Assembly (NCBI GenBank): GCA_913040915.1
Contig: CAJWHW010000017.1
Coordinates: forward strand, 1 to 40,501
Length of the DNA: 40,501 nucleotides
Direction: 5' to 3'
Source: an uncultured Fidelibacterota bacterium
GTDB taxonomy: Bacteria > Fidelibacterota > Marinisomatia > Marinisomatales > UBA1611
Positions 1 through 11,749 of this stretch are shown here, in pieces. The notes under the pieces are model-generated. The model saw only the letters and a program-made list of their open reading frames with translations, searched no databases and had not been told where the DNA came from. A program made the translations under genes and the position numbers. Position 1 is the first letter of the stretch; the number at the start of each line of letters is the position of its first letter.

Positions 1-59
1 CTATCCGTGAAGGTGGCCATACTGTTGGTGCTGGTGTAGTTACTGAAATTGTTGAGTAA
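1..59 (+). CDS. tuf: Elongation factor Tu, C-terminal end (partial)
   Basis: Frame from nt 3 reads IREGGHTVGAGVVTEIVE-stop, the EF-Tu C-terminal motif; directly upstream of rpsJ. Confidence 0.95.
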   Translation, partial: IREGGHTVGAGVVTEIVE

Positions 60-65
60 AAATTA

Positions 66-374
66 ATGGCTAATCAAACAATAAGAATTAGCCTTCGGGC
101 TTATGATCATCTTCTTTTAGATAAATCAACTGAAAAGATTGTAAAAACTGCAAAGTCAACTGGTGCAATTATTTCTGGTCCAATTCCTTTACCTTCCAAG
201 AGGTCGGTTTACACTGTATTACGTTCTCCTCACGTTGATAAAAAGTCCCGTGAGCAATTTCAAACCAAAATTCATAAACGATTGGTCGATATTCTAAACT
301 CCACACCTAAAACGGTTGAATCATTAATGAAGTTAGATTTACCTGCTGGTGTTGATATTGAGATTAAGGTTTAA
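66..374 (+). CDS. rpsJ: 30S ribosomal protein S10
   Basis: [31 protein letters not shown] motifs. Confidence 0.99.
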   Translation: MANQTIRISLRAYDHLLLDKSTEKIVKTAKSTGAIISGPIPLPSKRSVYTVLRSPHVDKKSREQFQTKIHKRLVDILNSTPKTVESLMKLDLPAGVDIEIKV

Positions 375-376
375 TA

Positions 377-994
377 ATGCGTGGATTAATTGGAGAAAAA
401 ATTGGAATGAGTCGTGTCTTTGATGATAATGGTCATATCATTCCAGTGACTGTACTCCAGGCTGGACCTTGTACTGTCACGCAAGTAAAATCGATTGATA
501 AAGATGGATATGATGCGGTACAAGTTGGGTACGGGAAAAGAAGGGAAAAACATACATCTAAGCCACTTCAAGGACATTTTTTTACTGCTGGTGTTAGTCC
601 TCAAAAAGTCTTAGTTGAATTTAATAAGGTACCTGGATTTGAATATAAAACAGGTCAGGCATTTCACGTTGGTTTGTTTCAGGAAGGTGATTTTGTAAGC
701 GTTTCCGGAACATCAAAAGGAAAGGGTTTTACAGGAGTAATAAAGCGTCATAACTTTTCCCGTCAAAAGAAAACACATGGCACTGGACATACAGAAAGAG
801 CACCAGGTTCGATAGGGCAAGCATCAGACCCTTCGAGAGTTTTTCCAGGTATGAGAATGGCAGGCCACCATGGTAATTCCAAGGTTACAGTAGAAAATCT
901 ACAGGTAATTAAAGTTGATAAAGAAAATAATCAGTTATTGGTAAAGGGTTCTGTCCCAGGAGCTAAAAACGGAACCGTAATTATTTTAAAATAA
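377..994 (+). CDS. rplC: 50S ribosomal protein L3
   Basis: G.KIGMS, SKGKGF.G, RAPGSIG motifs; operon position. Confidence 0.99.
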   Translation: MRGLIGEKIGMSRVFDDNGHIIPVTVLQAGPCTVTQVKSIDKDGYDAVQVGYGKRREKHTSKPLQGHFFTAGVSPQKVLVEFNKVPGFEYKTGQAFHVGLFQEGDFVSVSGTSKGKGFTGVIKRHNFSRQKKTHGTGHTERAPGSIGQASDPSRVFPGMRMAGHHGNSKVTVENLQVIKVDKENNQLLVKGSVPGAKNGTVIILK

Positions 995-995
995 A

Positions 996-1622
996 ATGAA
1001 GTTAGACGTAATAAAATTGGATGGAACTAAAGCTGGAGATATACAGGTGGATAAATCTGTATTTTCGATAAAACCCAATGAAGCTGTTGTTCGGCAGGCC
1101 GTATTAGCTGAAATGACTAATATGCGTCAAGGAACCCATGCTACAAAAAACCGTTCTGCAGTTCAGGGGGGTGGTAAAAAACCATGGAAGCAAAAAGGTC
1201 GTGGTGTTGCTCGTGCAGGAACCATTCGTTCTCCATTGTGGAAAGGAGGGGGAACTGTATTTGGTCCGGAACCACATGATTATCATCATAAATTGCCGAA
1301 AAAACTAAGCCGTCTAGCCAGGAAATCAGTATTATCCGATAAGGCAAAAGAAGGTAAACTATTAGTAATTGAAGAATTTACATTAGATTCTCATAAAACT
1401 GCGGAATTCCTATCTATTTTAAAAAAATTAGAAATAGATACTAAAAAGATTACACTGTTAATTAGCGGATTCGATGAAAATTTAGATAAAGCAACAAGAA
1501 ATTTATCAAATGTTTATATGGTAGATGCTGTAAAGGTCAGTACATATGATTTAATTGATTGTGAAATTCTTGTTGTTGATAAAGCCAGTATGTCTGTTTT
1601 AACAAAAATATTAACATTGTAA
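996..1622 (+). CDS. rplD: 50S ribosomal protein L4
   Basis: RQGTHATK, KPWKQKGRGVARAG, RSPLWKGGG. Confidence 0.99.
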   Translation: MKLDVIKLDGTKAGDIQVDKSVFSIKPNEAVVRQAVLAEMTNMRQGTHATKNRSAVQGGGKKPWKQKGRGVARAGTIRSPLWKGGGTVFGPEPHDYHHKLPKKLSRLARKSVLSDKAKEGKLLVIEEFTLDSHKTAEFLSILKKLEIDTKKITLLISGFDENLDKATRNLSNVYMVDAVKVSTYDLIDCEILVVDKASMSVLTKILTL

Positions 1623-1624
1623 AC

Positions 1625-1942
1625 ATGTATTCACAAATTATTATAAAACCAATTTTGACTGAGAAAATGGCTATTCTTGAAGAGCGTGAAAATAAATTCG
1701 CATTTCTTGTTGCACCAAATGCAAATAAGTCTGAAATCAAAAAAGCTGTAGAAAACAAATTTGATGTTAAAGTTGAAAAAGTTGCGACAATGAATCGTAT
1801 GGGCAAACATAAACAAATGACAGTGAGAAGTGGTGGTAGAACCATACGAACCACTGGTAAACGAGCTGGTTATAAAAAAGCAATAATTACGCTTGAATCT
1901 GGTTCAGTAATTGATCTCCTTCGTGGAGAAACAGCGAATTAG
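1625..1942 (+). CDS. rplW: 50S ribosomal protein L23
   Basis: [25 protein letters not shown]. Confidence 0.98.
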   Translation: MYSQIIIKPILTEKMAILEERENKFAFLVAPNANKSEIKKAVENKFDVKVEKVATMNRMGKHKQMTVRSGGRTIRTTGKRAGYKKAIITLESGSVIDLLRGETAN

Positions 1943-1944
1943 TT

Positions 1945-2769
1945 ATGGGTGTTAGACAATTAAAACCTGTAACGCCTGGTTCACGATTTGCATCTCGTCC
2001 TGATTTTGCAGATTTAACAACAGATAAGCCTGAAAAAAGTTTGACTACCCCCTTGCGAAAAAGTGGAGGTAGAAATAATTCAGGGCGGATCACAATCCGA
2101 CGCCGCGGTGGTGGGCATAAACGCAGATACAGACTAATTGATTTCAAGCGGGATAAGTTTGATGTCCCGGGTAAAGTTGCTACTGTTGAATATGATCCAA
2201 ATCGGTCTGCTTATATATCCTTGATTCATTATGCGGATGGTGAAAAAAGATATATTTTGGCTCCTCTGGGATTAAAAGTAGGCGATCCTGTTTTGTCCGG
2301 AGGGAATACACCTCTCAAAGTGGCAAATGCATTGCAACTAAAAAATATTCCAGCAGGTCTATTCGTGCATAATGTAGAAATGATTCCAGGAAAAGGCGGA
2401 CAAATGGTTCGGTCGGCAGGTGCAGCAGCGCAAGTCATGGCTCATGCAGATGGATTTTGTACCTTAAAATTACCTTCTGGTGAAATTCGTATGGTTCGAG
2501 AAGAATGCATGGCCACTATCGGTCAGGTTGGTAACCGAAGTCACGAGCAGGTAGTGTCCGGTAAAGCTGGTCGTAATCGGTGGTTAGGCCGGCGTCCAAA
2601 AGTTAGGGGTGTCGCTATGAATCCTGTAGATCATCCTATGGGAGGGGGCGAAGGAAAATCATCTGGAGGTCGCCATCCGAGCACACCATGGGGTAAACCG
2701 ACTAAGGGTTATAAAACTCGGAAAAAAAATAAAAAAACAAATCAGATGATTATAAAGAGGAGAAAATAG
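1945..2769 (+). CDS. rplB: 50S ribosomal protein L2
   Basis: [34 protein letters not shown]. Confidence 0.99.
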   Translation: MGVRQLKPVTPGSRFASRPDFADLTTDKPEKSLTTPLRKSGGRNNSGRITIRRRGGGHKRRYRLIDFKRDKFDVPGKVATVEYDPNRSAYISLIHYADGEKRYILAPLGLKVGDPVLSGGNTPLKVANALQLKNIPAGLFVHNVEMIPGKGGQMVRSAGAAAQVMAHADGFCTLKLPSGEIRMVREECMATIGQVGNRSHEQVVSGKAGRNRWLGRRPKVRGVAMNPVDHPMGGGEGKSSGGRHPSTPWGKPTKGYKTRKKNKKTNQMIIKRRK

Positions 2770-2775
2770 AAAAGT

Positions 2776-3045
2776 ATGGCACGCTCTTTAAAAAAAGGAC
2801 CATTTGTTGACGAGAAACTTTTGAAAAAAATTCAAAAGATAAATGAAGGCGGTAAGAAACAAGTTATCAAAACTTGGTCGCGAAGTTCTATGATTACACC
2901 TGATTTTGTGGGGCATACTTTAGCTGTTCACAATGGGAATAAATTTATCCCAGTTTTTATTTACGAAAATATGGTTGGACATAAATTAGGTGAATTTTCA
3001 CCAACACGTATTTTTAGAATGCATTCAGGCGATAGGAAGAACTAA
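2776..3045 (+). CDS. rpsS: 30S ribosomal protein S19
   Basis: [28 protein letters not shown]. Confidence 0.99.
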   Translation: MARSLKKGPFVDEKLLKKIQKINEGGKKQVIKTWSRSSMITPDFVGHTLAVHNGNKFIPVFIYENMVGHKLGEFSPTRIFRMHSGDRKN

Positions 3046-3047
3046 AA

Positions 3048-3392
3048 ATGGAAGCAAAAGCAAGTACAAGATATGTACATCAGTCTCCCAGAAAAATACG
3101 TAAGACGCTTAATAATGTTCGAGGCTTGAAAGTAGGAGATGCATTAAATCAACTCCATTTTTCACCTGAGAAAGCTGCTGGTTTAATTGAAAAAACACTG
3201 AGATCGGCGGTAGCAAACCTTATTAGTCAGAATGATGAATTAAATATTGATCCCGAGGGACTGGGGGTTAAAGAAGCATTTGTTGATGGTGGTCCTGTCA
3301 TGAAGAGATTTCGTGCTGCATCTATGGGTAGGGCATCTCGTCTTCGCAGGCCTACTAGTCATGTAACTATCGTTGTAAGCGACGGAAAATAA
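3048..3392 (+). CDS. rplV: 50S ribosomal protein L22
   Basis: SPRK, LRSAVAN, VDGGP.MKR, TSHVTIVV. Confidence 0.98.
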   Translation: MEAKASTRYVHQSPRKIRKTLNNVRGLKVGDALNQLHFSPEKAAGLIEKTLRSAVANLISQNDELNIDPEGLGVKEAFVDGGPVMKRFRAASMGRASRLRRPTSHVTIVVSDGK

Positions 3393-3403
3393 AGAGGTTA
3401 TCT

Positions 3404-4036
3404 TTGGGTCAGAAAACACATCCAGTTGGATATAGATTAAGCGTCAATAAAAAATGGAGCTCAAGCTGGTTTGCGCCAAAAAATAATTACAGTAATGAAT
3501 TAGAAGAAGACGTTCGAATCAGAAAATATATTTCACATCGACTTCCCAATGCAGGAATCTCAAAAGTTGAAATTGCTCGGACATCCAAAAAAGTGACAAT
3601 TACAATCTTTACAGCACGTCCTGGAATAGTGATTGGTCGTGGTGGAGAAGAAGTAAATCGTTTAAAAAAAGAACTTCGTCAACTTACAGGGAAAAAAGAT
3701 GCACAAATCAATATTTCAGAGGTAAAACGTCCAGAACTGGATGCAGCATTGGTCGGATCAAATATTGCACATCAATTGAGAAAGAAAATTTCATACCGCC
3801 GGGTGGTAAATAAGACCATTCAATCGACTATGAGAATGGGTGCAGAAGGAATTAGGATTAATGTTGCGGGTCGTCTTGGAGGCGTAGAAATTGCCCGCAG
3901 CGAAAAATTTTCAGATGGGAGTGTCCCATTACATACACTTAGAGCCGATATCGATTATGCTTTGACTGAAGCTCATACACAATACGGTGTGATTGGTATC
4001 AAAGTATGGATCTGTAATGGACAGTTCAAACGTTAA
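3404..4036 (+). CDS. rpsC: 30S ribosomal protein S3 (TTG start)
   Basis: GQKTHPVGYRL, ARPGIVIG, VPLHTLRADIDY; SD GAGG upstream of TTG. Confidence 0.99.
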   Translation: MGQKTHPVGYRLSVNKKWSSSWFAPKNNYSNELEEDVRIRKYISHRLPNAGISKVEIARTSKKVTITIFTARPGIVIGRGGEEVNRLKKELRQLTGKKDAQINISEVKRPELDAALVGSNIAHQLRKKISYRRVVNKTIQSTMRMGAEGIRINVAGRLGGVEIARSEKFSDGSVPLHTLRADIDYALTEAHTQYGVIGIKVWICNGQFKR

Positions 4037-4049
4037 GAGTTAATAAATA

Positions 4050-4463
4050 ATGTTAGAACCAAAAAAAGTAAAATTTAGAAGAGTCCATCGTGGAAATCGT
4101 CGTGGTATGGCTATGCGGGGAAATCACGTTGCCTTTGGCAATTATGGATTAAAAGCGACCGAATCCGGATGGGTTACCGCAAGGCAAATCGAAGCATCAC
4201 GTATTGTGATTTCAAGAATTGTAAGGAAAATAGGTAAGATGTGGATTCGCATTTTCCCTGATAAACCTGTAACTGCGCGTCCAGCTGAAACAAGAATGGG
4301 TAAAGGTAAAGGTACCCTAGATCATTGGATTGCTGTTGTAAAACCAGGTAGAATATTATTTGAGGTTGATGGTGTAACTCGTGAACAAGCTGATGAAGCA
4401 TTTCGTGATGCAGGGCATAAACTTCCAATAAAAACAAAAGTGGTAGAACGGAGGAAATTTTAA
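4050..4463 (+). CDS. rplP: 50S ribosomal protein L16
   Basis: [24 protein letters not shown]. Confidence 0.99.
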   Translation: MLEPKKVKFRRVHRGNRRGMAMRGNHVAFGNYGLKATESGWVTARQIEASRIVISRIVRKIGKMWIRIFPDKPVTARPAETRMGKGKGTLDHWIAVVKPGRILFEVDGVTREQADEAFRDAGHKLPIKTKVVERRKF

Positions 4464-4687
4464 TGAAACCCGCAGAGTTGAGAGGCATGAATGAGGTCGA
4501 ATTAAAACTCAGATTGGATGAAAATTTAGAGGCACTTCAAAATCTTCGTTTTCAGCAAGCTTTGCAGCAATTAGAAGATGGTACTATGATTTCCAAGATA
4601 AAAAAAGAGATTGCCCAAATCAAAACAGTTTTAAATGAAAATAAAATGGGTATCCGAATGGTTCAGGTTCAAGGTGATAAAGTATGA
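4463..4687 (+). CDS. rpmC: 50S ribosomal protein L29
   Basis: ELR, NLRFQ, IKKEIAQIKTVLNE; position. Confidence 0.96.
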   Translation: MKPAELRGMNEVELKLRLDENLEALQNLRFQQALQQLEDGTMISKIKKEIAQIKTVLNENKMGIRMVQVQGDKV

Positions 4688-4950
4688 AATCTGAACGTAA
4701 ACGTCAAACCTTGATTGGTGAAGTAATTAGTACTAAAATGCAAAATACTGTAGCCGTGAAAGTCACTCGAAAAATACCGCATCCTGTTTATCATAAACGA
4801 GTAAAAAAGTTTAAAAACTATTTAGCTCATGTTACATCTATTTCTCCAAAGCATGGAGATATAGTGAAAATATCAGCAATCAAACCAATGAGTAAAAGAA
4901 AACGTTGGCAGGTTAGCGAAATTATCCGTGAAGTTGTAAGAATAGGATAG
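4684..4950 (+). CDS. rpsQ: 30S ribosomal protein S17
   Basis: [22 protein letters not shown]. Confidence 0.97.
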   Translation: MKSERKRQTLIGEVISTKMQNTVAVKVTRKIPHPVYHKRVKKFKNYLAHVTSISPKHGDIVKISAIKPMSKRKRWQVSEIIREVVRIG

Positions 4951-4957
4951 TAGTAAA

Positions 4958-5326
4958 GTGATTCAACAAGAGACAAGATTAAAAGTTGCAGATAATACAG
5001 GAGCAAAGGAAATTCTATGTTTCAAAGTATTAGGCGGATCAAAACGGAAATATGCAAGCATTGGAGATCAAATTGTTATTACTGTGAAAAAAGCATTACC
5101 AGGCGGGATGGTGAAAAAAGGTGAAGTGCACCGAGCTGTTGTTGTTCGTACTCGAAAAGAAATTAGCCGAAGAGACGGAAGCAAAATTCGATTTGATGAA
5201 AATGCTGCTGTTTTATTAAATAGTGCAGGTGAACCAAGGGGGACACGTATTTTTGGTCCTGTAGCCCGTGAATTAAGAGACGGAGGCTTTATGAGAATTA
5301 TTTCCATGGCACCGGAGGTCCTTTAA
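4958..5326 (+). CDS. rplN: 50S ribosomal protein L14 (GTG start)
   Basis: [29 protein letters not shown]. Confidence 0.99.
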   Translation: MIQQETRLKVADNTGAKEILCFKVLGGSKRKYASIGDQIVITVKKALPGGMVKKGEVHRAVVVRTRKEISRRDGSKIRFDENAAVLLNSAGEPRGTRIFGPVARELRDGGFMRIISMAPEVL

Positions 5327-5328
5327 AA

Positions 5329-5637
5329 ATGCATGTAAAAAAAGGTATGATCGTTAAAATAATTAGTGGGAACCATCGAGGTTTGGAAGGGAAAATTCTT
5401 CAAGTTTTTCCTCAAAAACAGCGGGTGATAGTTGAAGGAATTAACTTTATGAAGAAGGCCGCTCGTCCTACACAAGAGAATCCTTCTGGTGGAATAGTAG
5501 AAAGAGAAGCATCAATTCATATTTCGAATGTAATGATTGTATATGGTGGACAGGCAACACGTACAGGATTTAAAAAACTGGAAGATGGCTCTAAAGTCCG
5601 TATTTCAAAAAAAACTAGTGAAGAGATTGAAGTATAA
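5329..5637 (+). CDS. rplX: 50S ribosomal protein L24
   Basis: KOW-type start, [16 protein letters not shown]. Confidence 0.98.
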   Translation: MHVKKGMIVKIISGNHRGLEGKILQVFPQKQRVIVEGINFMKKAARPTQENPSGGIVEREASIHISNVMIVYGGQATRTGFKKLEDGSKVRISKKTSEEIEV

Positions 5638-5639
5638 GA

Positions 5640-6275
5640 ATGGCAGAGACGAAAAAAACGAAGACAATGAAAGCAAAAGCGAATACTGAAAAATTAGTTT
5701 ATGTTCCTTCTTTAAAATTATTTTATAAAGAACAAATTATAGCTTTGATGCAAAAGCAATTCAATTATGATAATATGATGGAAGTCCCGAAACTAACAAG
5801 TATCGCTTTAAATATGGGGTTGGGTGATGCAAAAGCAAATTCAAAGAGTTTAGAAAGCGCAGTGGATGAAATGTCTTTAATTTCTGGTCAAAAACCTGTT
5901 ATAACTAAATCTAAAAAAGATATATCAAACTTTAAAATTCGTAAAGGATTTCCAGTCGGCTGTATAGTAACATTGCGTTCAGATAGAATGTATGAATTTC
6001 TAGAAAGGTTAATCTGTGTAGCTTTGCCTAGGACAAGAGATTTTCGTGGATTGTCATTTAAATCTTTTGATGGGCGAGGGAATTATAACTTTGGAATTAA
6101 AGAACAAATAATTTTCACTGAAATAGATTATGATAAAATTGAAGCTATTCGTGGATTGAATATTACAATCACAACTACAGCAAAAACAGATAACGAAGCA
6201 TACCATCTATTAAAATACTTTGGCTTGCCATTAAGAGATAAACCAGTAAGTCAGGAAGTTGAAGAGGCGGCCTAA
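5640..6275 (+). CDS. rplE: 50S ribosomal protein L5 (Lys-rich N-terminal extension)
   Basis: [23 protein letters not shown]. Confidence 0.99.
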   Translation: MAETKKTKTMKAKANTEKLVYVPSLKLFYKEQIIALMQKQFNYDNMMEVPKLTSIALNMGLGDAKANSKSLESAVDEMSLISGQKPVITKSKKDISNFKIRKGFPVGCIVTLRSDRMYEFLERLICVALPRTRDFRGLSFKSFDGRGNYNFGIKEQIIFTEIDYDKIEAIRGLNITITTTAKTDNEAYHLLKYFGLPLRDKPVSQEVEEAA

Positions 6276-6460
6276 TGGCAAAAAAATCACAAATACATAA
6301 ATCAAAAAGAAAAGCAAAATTTTCTACACGAGAAAAGAATCGTTGTTTTAAATGTGGACGGCCACATGCTTACTTAAGACGGTTCGGTCTTTGTCGTATT
6401 TGCTTTAGAGAAATGGCACTGAAAGGTGAAATTCCTGGTGTAACTAAAGCGAGTTGGTAG
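6275..6460 (+). CDS. rpsZ: 30S ribosomal protein S14, type Z (zinc-binding)
   Basis: 61 aa; RCFKCGR and [17 protein letters not shown]. Confidence 0.97.
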   Translation: MAKKSQIHKSKRKAKFSTREKNRCFKCGRPHAYLRRFGLCRICFREMALKGEIPGVTKASW

Positions 6461-6472
6461 GGGAGAAATTTT

Positions 6473-6874
6473 ATGTCAATGTCTGATCCAATAGCAGATT
6501 TTCTAACGCGAATTCGGAATGGGTTATCAGCCAATAAACGTTGGGTGGATATTCCCAGTAGTTCATTAAAAAAACGAATCGCATTGGTTTTAAAGGAAGA
6601 AAAATATATTGAAGATTTCTTTTTCATTGCACAGGATAAAGGGAAAGAAAATATTCGCCTATTCTTAAAATATGATTACCAAGGTAAACCAGTCATTGAT
6701 AGTATAAAACGTGTCAGTCGTCCTGGTTTACGCGTTTATGTGGGAGTAGGAGAAGCACCTCGTGTTTTAGATGGGTTAGGTATCTCAATTCTTTCAACGT
6801 CTGTGGGTGTGCTTTCAAATAAAAAAGCCAATCAGTTAGGTGTTGGCGGTGAATTACTCTGTGAGGTTTATTAA
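6473..6874 (+). CDS. rpsH: 30S ribosomal protein S8
   Basis: [26 protein letters not shown]. Confidence 0.99.
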   Translation: MSMSDPIADFLTRIRNGLSANKRWVDIPSSSLKKRIALVLKEEKYIEDFFFIAQDKGKENIRLFLKYDYQGKPVIDSIKRVSRPGLRVYVGVGEAPRVLDGLGISILSTSVGVLSNKKANQLGVGGELLCEVY

Positions 6875-6879
6875 ATACG

Positions 6880-7419
6880 ATGTCAAGAATAGGTAAGAAT
6901 CCAGTAAGTATACCCGATGGCGTAAAGGTTGACTTTGAAGGAAGTCTTGTTAAAGTCTCAGGTCCGAAAGGTTTACTCGAATTCAATGCTCATAAGGATA
7001 TGAAAATATATCAATCTGATAGTACAGTTGTTGTAGAACGCCCAAGTGATACGCGTGAACACAGAGCTCTTCATGGAACAACACGCCAAATGCTAAATAA
7101 TATGATCCTAGGTGTGTCTGTAGGTTTTACAAAAGAGCTAGAAATTATAGGTGTTGGATATCAAGCTGAAGTGCAGGGTAATCGTTTGAAACTACAATTG
7201 GGATATTCACACGATATTTATTTTGATATGCCTGAAGGAATAAAGGTAAGTGCAAACCGCACTGAGTTAAAAGTGGAAGGGAATGATAAACAGTTGATTG
7301 GTGCTGTAGCAGCAAAAATTCGCTCGTTTCGGAAACCTGAACCCTATAAAGGGAAAGGTGTGCGTTATAAAGATGAGTATGTTCGCTCAAAACAAGGTAA
7401 AACTGTGGGTGCTACATAA
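6880..7419 (+). CDS. rplF: 50S ribosomal protein L6
   Basis: MSRIGK, GPKG, PEPYKGKGVRY. Confidence 0.99.
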   Translation: MSRIGKNPVSIPDGVKVDFEGSLVKVSGPKGLLEFNAHKDMKIYQSDSTVVVERPSDTREHRALHGTTRQMLNNMILGVSVGFTKELEIIGVGYQAEVQGNRLKLQLGYSHDIYFDMPEGIKVSANRTELKVEGNDKQLIGAVAAKIRSFRKPEPYKGKGVRYKDEYVRSKQGKTVGAT

Positions 7420-7790
7420 TGGCTCAACATCGTTCAGTAATACGTAGAGATGAAAGAAGGCGAAATAGAAGTAAAAAGACGTCCAGGCTCCATTCGGAAC
7501 GGCCGAGGTTGGTTGTTTTTCGGAGTAGTAAGCATTTTGAAGCCCAGATTGTTAATGACTTTGATGGTCATACTCTAATAGCAGTTTCATCCAAAGAAAA
7601 AGATTTAATACCTGATCTTAAAAAAGCAGGAAATAAAACAGATATCAGTCGTATTGTAGGAAAAGCTTTAGCGAAAAAAGCACAATCCGAAAAAGTTGGA
7701 TCTGTTGTATTCGATAGAAATGGTTATCCCTATCATGGCAGAGTTAAAGCATTTGCAGAAGCCGCCCGTGAAGGTGGATTAAAATTTTAA
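7419..7790 (+). CDS. rplR: 50S ribosomal protein L18
   Basis: RPRLVVFRS, VVFDRNGYPYHGRVKA, AREGGLKF. Confidence 0.99.
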   Translation: MAQHRSVIRRDERRRNRSKKTSRLHSERPRLVVFRSSKHFEAQIVNDFDGHTLIAVSSKEKDLIPDLKKAGNKTDISRIVGKALAKKAQSEKVGSVVFDRNGYPYHGRVKAFAEAAREGGLKF

Positions 7791-7802
7791 GGGGAGTCTG
7801 AT

Positions 7803-8306
7803 TTGGCAATCATAAATCCAGCTGAGCTTGACCTAAAGGAAGAGGCGGTTGTAAAAATAAATAGAACAGCGAAAGTTACTTCTCGCGGAAAAAGATTTCG
7901 TTTTTCCGCTCTAGTTGTTGTTGGTGATGGTAAAGGTCATATCGGTATTGGTTTGGGAAAGGCTAATGAGGTTATTTCATCAATTCAAAAAGGAAAAGAG
8001 ATTGCCAAACGAAATATAATTAAGGTTTCTATTGTAAATGGTACAATTCCTCACACCATTATAGGTAAACATGGCGCGAGTAGAATTTTCCTTAAACCTG
8101 CATCACCGGGTACTGGAATTATTGCTGGAGCTTCTGTAAGAGCAGTTATGGAGCAAGTTGGTATTCATAATATATTGACAAAACGTCAAGGTTCTAAGAA
8201 TTCCATGAATTTAGTTCATGCAACTATGGATGGACTGGTCAGGATGAAAGATGCAGTTGCTGTTGCAAACAAACGTGGGATGACTATTGGTGAGGTTTTT
8301 AGTTAA
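7803..8306 (+). CDS. rpsE: 30S ribosomal protein S5 (TTG start)
   Basis: [35 protein letters not shown] upstream. Confidence 0.99.
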   Translation: MAIINPAELDLKEEAVVKINRTAKVTSRGKRFRFSALVVVGDGKGHIGIGLGKANEVISSIQKGKEIAKRNIIKVSIVNGTIPHTIIGKHGASRIFLKPASPGTGIIAGASVRAVMEQVGIHNILTKRQGSKNSMNLVHATMDGLVRMKDAVAVANKRGMTIGEVFS

Positions 8307-8494
8307 TGGCTAAAATAAAAACATTAAAAATTACGCAAGTAAAAAGTGGTATTGGCTATAAGCCAAAAGCAAAAGCTACGTTGCAAGCTTTGGGATTGCG
8401 TAGATTAAATCAGACTGTAGAGCACACTGATACAGCAGCGATACGGGGGATGATAAATGTGATACCCTATTTATTGAAAGTGGAAGAATTATGA
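8306..8494 (+). CDS. rpmD: 50S ribosomal protein L30
   Basis: [21 protein letters not shown]. Confidence 0.98.
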   Translation: MAKIKTLKITQVKSGIGYKPKAKATLQALGLRRLNQTVEHTDTAAIRGMINVIPYLLKVEEL

Positions 8495-8928
8495 ATTTAG
8501 AATCATTAACTCCTATACCTGGCTCAACTAAAAATCGGAAGCGTGTAGGTCGTGGAAACGGTTCCGGCTTAGGTAAGTCTGCTGGACGAGGAGATAAGGG
8601 AGCAGGACAAAGGTCAGGTTTTAAGCGTAGACCTTGGTTTGAAGGTGGACAAATGCCGTTGGCGCGTCGTTTACCTATGCGTGGTTTTACTAATTTATTC
8701 AGAAAAGAATTTCAAATAGTTAATTTGGGAGCTATTGAATCATTGGGATTAAAGAAAGTTGATGCGCAAGTTTTAGCTAAAAATGGATTAGTTCGCTCAG
8801 CATTGAAACCAATAAAAATATTAGCAAATGGTGAATTTTCTTCAAAGGTGCATATTACTGCTACGGCATTTAGTTCTTCATCAAAAGAAATAATTGAAAA
8901 AGCAGGTGGGACTGCAACCGTCCAGTGA
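8491..8928 (+). CDS. rplO: 50S ribosomal protein L15
   Basis: [24 protein letters not shown]. Confidence 0.99.
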   Translation: MNLESLTPIPGSTKNRKRVGRGNGSGLGKSAGRGDKGAGQRSGFKRRPWFEGGQMPLARRLPMRGFTNLFRKEFQIVNLGAIESLGLKKVDAQVLAKNGLVRSALKPIKILANGEFSSKVHITATAFSSSSKEIIEKAGGTATVQ

Positions 8929-10253
8929 TAGATAAAATCCAAAGTATTTTTATAATTCCGGAACTACGTCGCAGAATTCTATTTACGATAGGTATTTTGA
9001 TTATAGTCAGGGTTGGTGCACATATTCCGATTCCTGGTGTAGATGGTGAAGCTCTTGCTGGTGCATTTACCAATTTGCAAAACTCATTATTTGGTCTATT
9101 TAATACATTTGTTGGTGGTGCATTCGAAAAAGCATCTCTGTTTTCATTGGGTATTATGCCTTATATATCATCTTCAATTATTATTCAATTAATGGGTTCT
9201 GTTATTCCTTATTTCCAAAGGTTACAAAAGGAAGGTGAAGCAGGTCGTAAAAAAATTACTCAAATTACTCGTTATGGAACCGTTCTTTTAGCATCAATGC
9301 AATCTTATGGTGTCGTAGCAGTATTTCTCCCAAGTTTGACAGCAAATGGGCAACCGGTAGTACTGAATCCTGGCTGGATGTTTACATTTACTGGATTAAT
9401 TAGTATGGTAACAGGCACATTATTTTTAATGTGGCTTGGTGAAAGAATTACAGAGAGGGGTATTGGGAATGGTATCTCTCTCATCATTATGGTTGGTATT
9501 GTTGCAGCTTTCCCAAATGTAATATTAAGCGAAATCACATTGGTTCAAGAAGGTGTACGTGGTTTATTATCTGAATTCATTCTTATGGGAATCATGTTTT
9601 TAATTATTTGTTTTGTGGTTTTACTTACTCAGGGGACGAGGAAAATCCCTGTTCAGTATGCAAAGCGTGTTGTGGGTCGAAAAGTTTATGGGGGTCAAAA
9701 TACACATATCCCAATGAGAGTGAATACAGCTGGAGTTATGCCAATTATCTTTGCTCAATCAATCATGTTTATTCCCAGCACTATTTCTACATTTTTAGGA
9801 GATAGTTCTTTTGCCCAAACATTAATGAATTGGTTTTCTTTTGAACATCCATTTTATTGGTTTGTATTTGGTTTAATGATAATTTTCTTCACATATTTTT
9901 ATACGGCAATTGCATTCGATCCTGTTCAAGTTTCATCTACTATGAAACAGCAGGGAGGGTTTATACCCGGTGTTCGTCCTGGCAAAAAAACTGCTGAATA
10001 TATTGATAATATTTTAACTCGTGTGACTTTACCCGGCTCTATAGCTTTAGCATTTGTTGCAATTTTTCCTTATATCCTCATGCAAACCATGAATATCAAT
10101 TATGATTTAGCTTCATTTTTTGGTGGTACAAGCTTGTTAATAATCGTAGGTGTTGCCTTAGATACATTACAACAGATTGAGTCCCACTTAATGATGCGGC
10201 ATTACGACGGGTTTTTAACGAAAGGAAAAATTCGTGGTCGGAGAAGAATGTAA
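8925..10253 (+). CDS. secY: Preprotein translocase subunit SecY
   Basis: LGIMPYISSSII, GIGNGISL, GFIPGVRPG, GGTSLLI; multi-TM. Confidence 0.99.
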   Translation: MIDKIQSIFIIPELRRRILFTIGILIIVRVGAHIPIPGVDGEALAGAFTNLQNSLFGLFNTFVGGAFEKASLFSLGIMPYISSSIIIQLMGSVIPYFQRLQKEGEAGRKKITQITRYGTVLLASMQSYGVVAVFLPSLTANGQPVVLNPGWMFTFTGLISMVTGTLFLMWLGERITERGIGNGISLIIMVGIVAAFPNVILSEITLVQEGVRGLLSEFILMGIMFLIICFVVLLTQGTRKIPVQYAKRVVGRKVYGGQNTHIPMRVNTAGVMPIIFAQSIMFIPSTISTFLGDSSFAQTLMNWFSFEHPFYWFVFGLMIIFFTYFYTAIAFDPVQVSSTMKQQGGFIPGVRPGKKTAEYIDNILTRVTLPGSIALAFVAIFPYILMQTMNINYDLASFFGGTSLLIIVGVALDTLQQIESHLMMRHYDGFLTKGKIRGRRRM

Positions 10254-11008
10254 TGATACACACAAGATCACAATCAGAAATTGATAAAATTGCACGAAGT
10301 TGTCAAATTGTTGCAGATACTTTGATTATGCTAGAATCTCATGTAGTTGTTGGAACAAGAGTCTCTGATTTAGATCAAATGGCAGAAGATTTTATTTGCT
10401 CCCAAGGAGCACGCCCAGCATTTAAAGGTTATATGGGCTTCCCTGCAACTTTATGTGTATCTATTGATGATGCAGTTGTTCATGGTATACCCGGTAACGA
10501 TATTCTTCAAGAAGGTCAGATTGTTGGTATTGATTGTGGTGCTGAATTAGATGGTTATTATGGAGATCATGCCAAAACATTTGCTATTGGAAAGATAGAT
10601 AATGATAAACAAGAATTAATGGATGTTACGCGTGTATCGCTTAAAAAAGGAATTGAACAAGCTATTCCTGGAAATTATGTAGGAGATATTGGTAATGCTG
10701 TTCAAAGTTATGCTGAAGGCCATGGATTTTCAGTTGTAAGAGAATTGGTTGGTCATGGCATTGGTACAGAGCTTCATGAGGAGCCGCAGATTCCCAATTA
10801 TGGAGAAGCAAAACAGGGTTATAAACTTCAAGCAGGTATGTGCATTGCAATTGAACCAATGATAAATGCAGGTAGAAAAGATGTTTATACCGCTCAAGAT
10901 GGATGGACAATATTTACAAGAGATGGTGCAGCATCAGCACATTTTGAGCATACTATTGCAATAACAGAAAGTGGACCTAAAATTTTAAGTGTTGGATCTC
11001 ATGGCTAA
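10253..11008 (+). CDS. map: Methionine aminopeptidase type I
   Basis: VVHGIP, GHGIG.ELHEEP, AIEPM, SAHFEHT. Confidence 0.98.
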   Translation: MIHTRSQSEIDKIARSCQIVADTLIMLESHVVVGTRVSDLDQMAEDFICSQGARPAFKGYMGFPATLCVSIDDAVVHGIPGNDILQEGQIVGIDCGAELDGYYGDHAKTFAIGKIDNDKQELMDVTRVSLKKGIEQAIPGNYVGDIGNAVQSYAEGHGFSVVRELVGHGIGTELHEEPQIPNYGEAKQGYKLQAGMCIAIEPMINAGRKDVYTAQDGWTIFTRDGAASAHFEHTIAITESGPKILSVGSHG

Positions 11009-11228
11009 GGAAAAACCAATTACAATTGATGGAATTATCAAGGAGACATTGCCAAATGCTATGTTTCGCGTTGAAGTAGAAATTGGAGGCGATTCACACG
11101 AAGTATTAGCTCATGTTAGTGGGAAGATGAGAATGCATTTTATAAAAATATTACCTGGTGATGTGGTGACATTAGAAATTTCACCCTATGATCTGAGCCG
11201 AGGAAGAATTACGTACAGACAAAAGTAG
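11001..11228 (+). CDS. infA: Translation initiation factor IF-1 (start at ATG 11001)
   Basis: [29 protein letters not shown]. Confidence 0.98.
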   Translation: MAKEKPITIDGIIKETLPNAMFRVEVEIGGDSHEVLAHVSGKMRMHFIKILPGDVVTLEISPYDLSRGRITYRQK

Positions 11229-11234
11229 AGTCCA

Positions 11235-11348
11235 ATGAAAGTTCGTCCATCCGTAAAAAAGATTTGTGCTAAGTGCAAAGTCATAAGAAGAAAAGGCGTT
11301 GTACTGGTGATTTGTGAAAACCCAAAACATAAACAGCGTCAAGGATAA
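11235..11348 (+). CDS. rpmJ: 50S ribosomal protein L36 (not in ORF track)
   Basis: Manual translation [38 protein letters not shown]+ zinc-ribbon form. Confidence 0.98.
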   Translation: MKVRPSVKKICAKCKVIRRKGVVLVICENPKHKQRQG

Positions 11349-11357
11349 ATTAGATAT

Positions 11358-11729
11358 ATGGCACGTATAGTTGGAGTAGATATTCCACGGAATAAAAAGG
11401 TTCCTTACTCATTGCGGTATATCCATGGTATTGGTTTAACTACTGCAAAAAAGTTGTGTGAAAAAGCCAAAGTGAACCTGGATACCCGTGTACAAGATTT
11501 AACTGAGGAACAGGTTGTTGCCCTTCGAGATGCTATCTCTGATTTAGGGTTCATGGTTGAAGGTGAATTACGCTCTCAGACTGCGATGAATATTAAGCGA
11601 CTTAAGGATACTGGTACTTATAGAGGTTTAAGACACCGTCGAGGACTTCCTGCCAATGGCCAGCGAACAAAAACCAATGCACGAACTCGTAAAGGGAAGA
11701 AACGTACCATTGGGTTAGGAAAAAAATAA
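11358..11729 (+). CDS. rpsM: 30S ribosomal protein S13
   Basis: [34 protein letters not shown]. Confidence 0.99.
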   Translation: MARIVGVDIPRNKKVPYSLRYIHGIGLTTAKKLCEKAKVNLDTRVQDLTEEQVVALRDAISDLGFMVEGELRSQTAMNIKRLKDTGTYRGLRHRRGLPANGQRTKTNARTRKGKKRTIGLGKK

Positions 11730-11749
11730 TAATTAATTGAGAGAATATT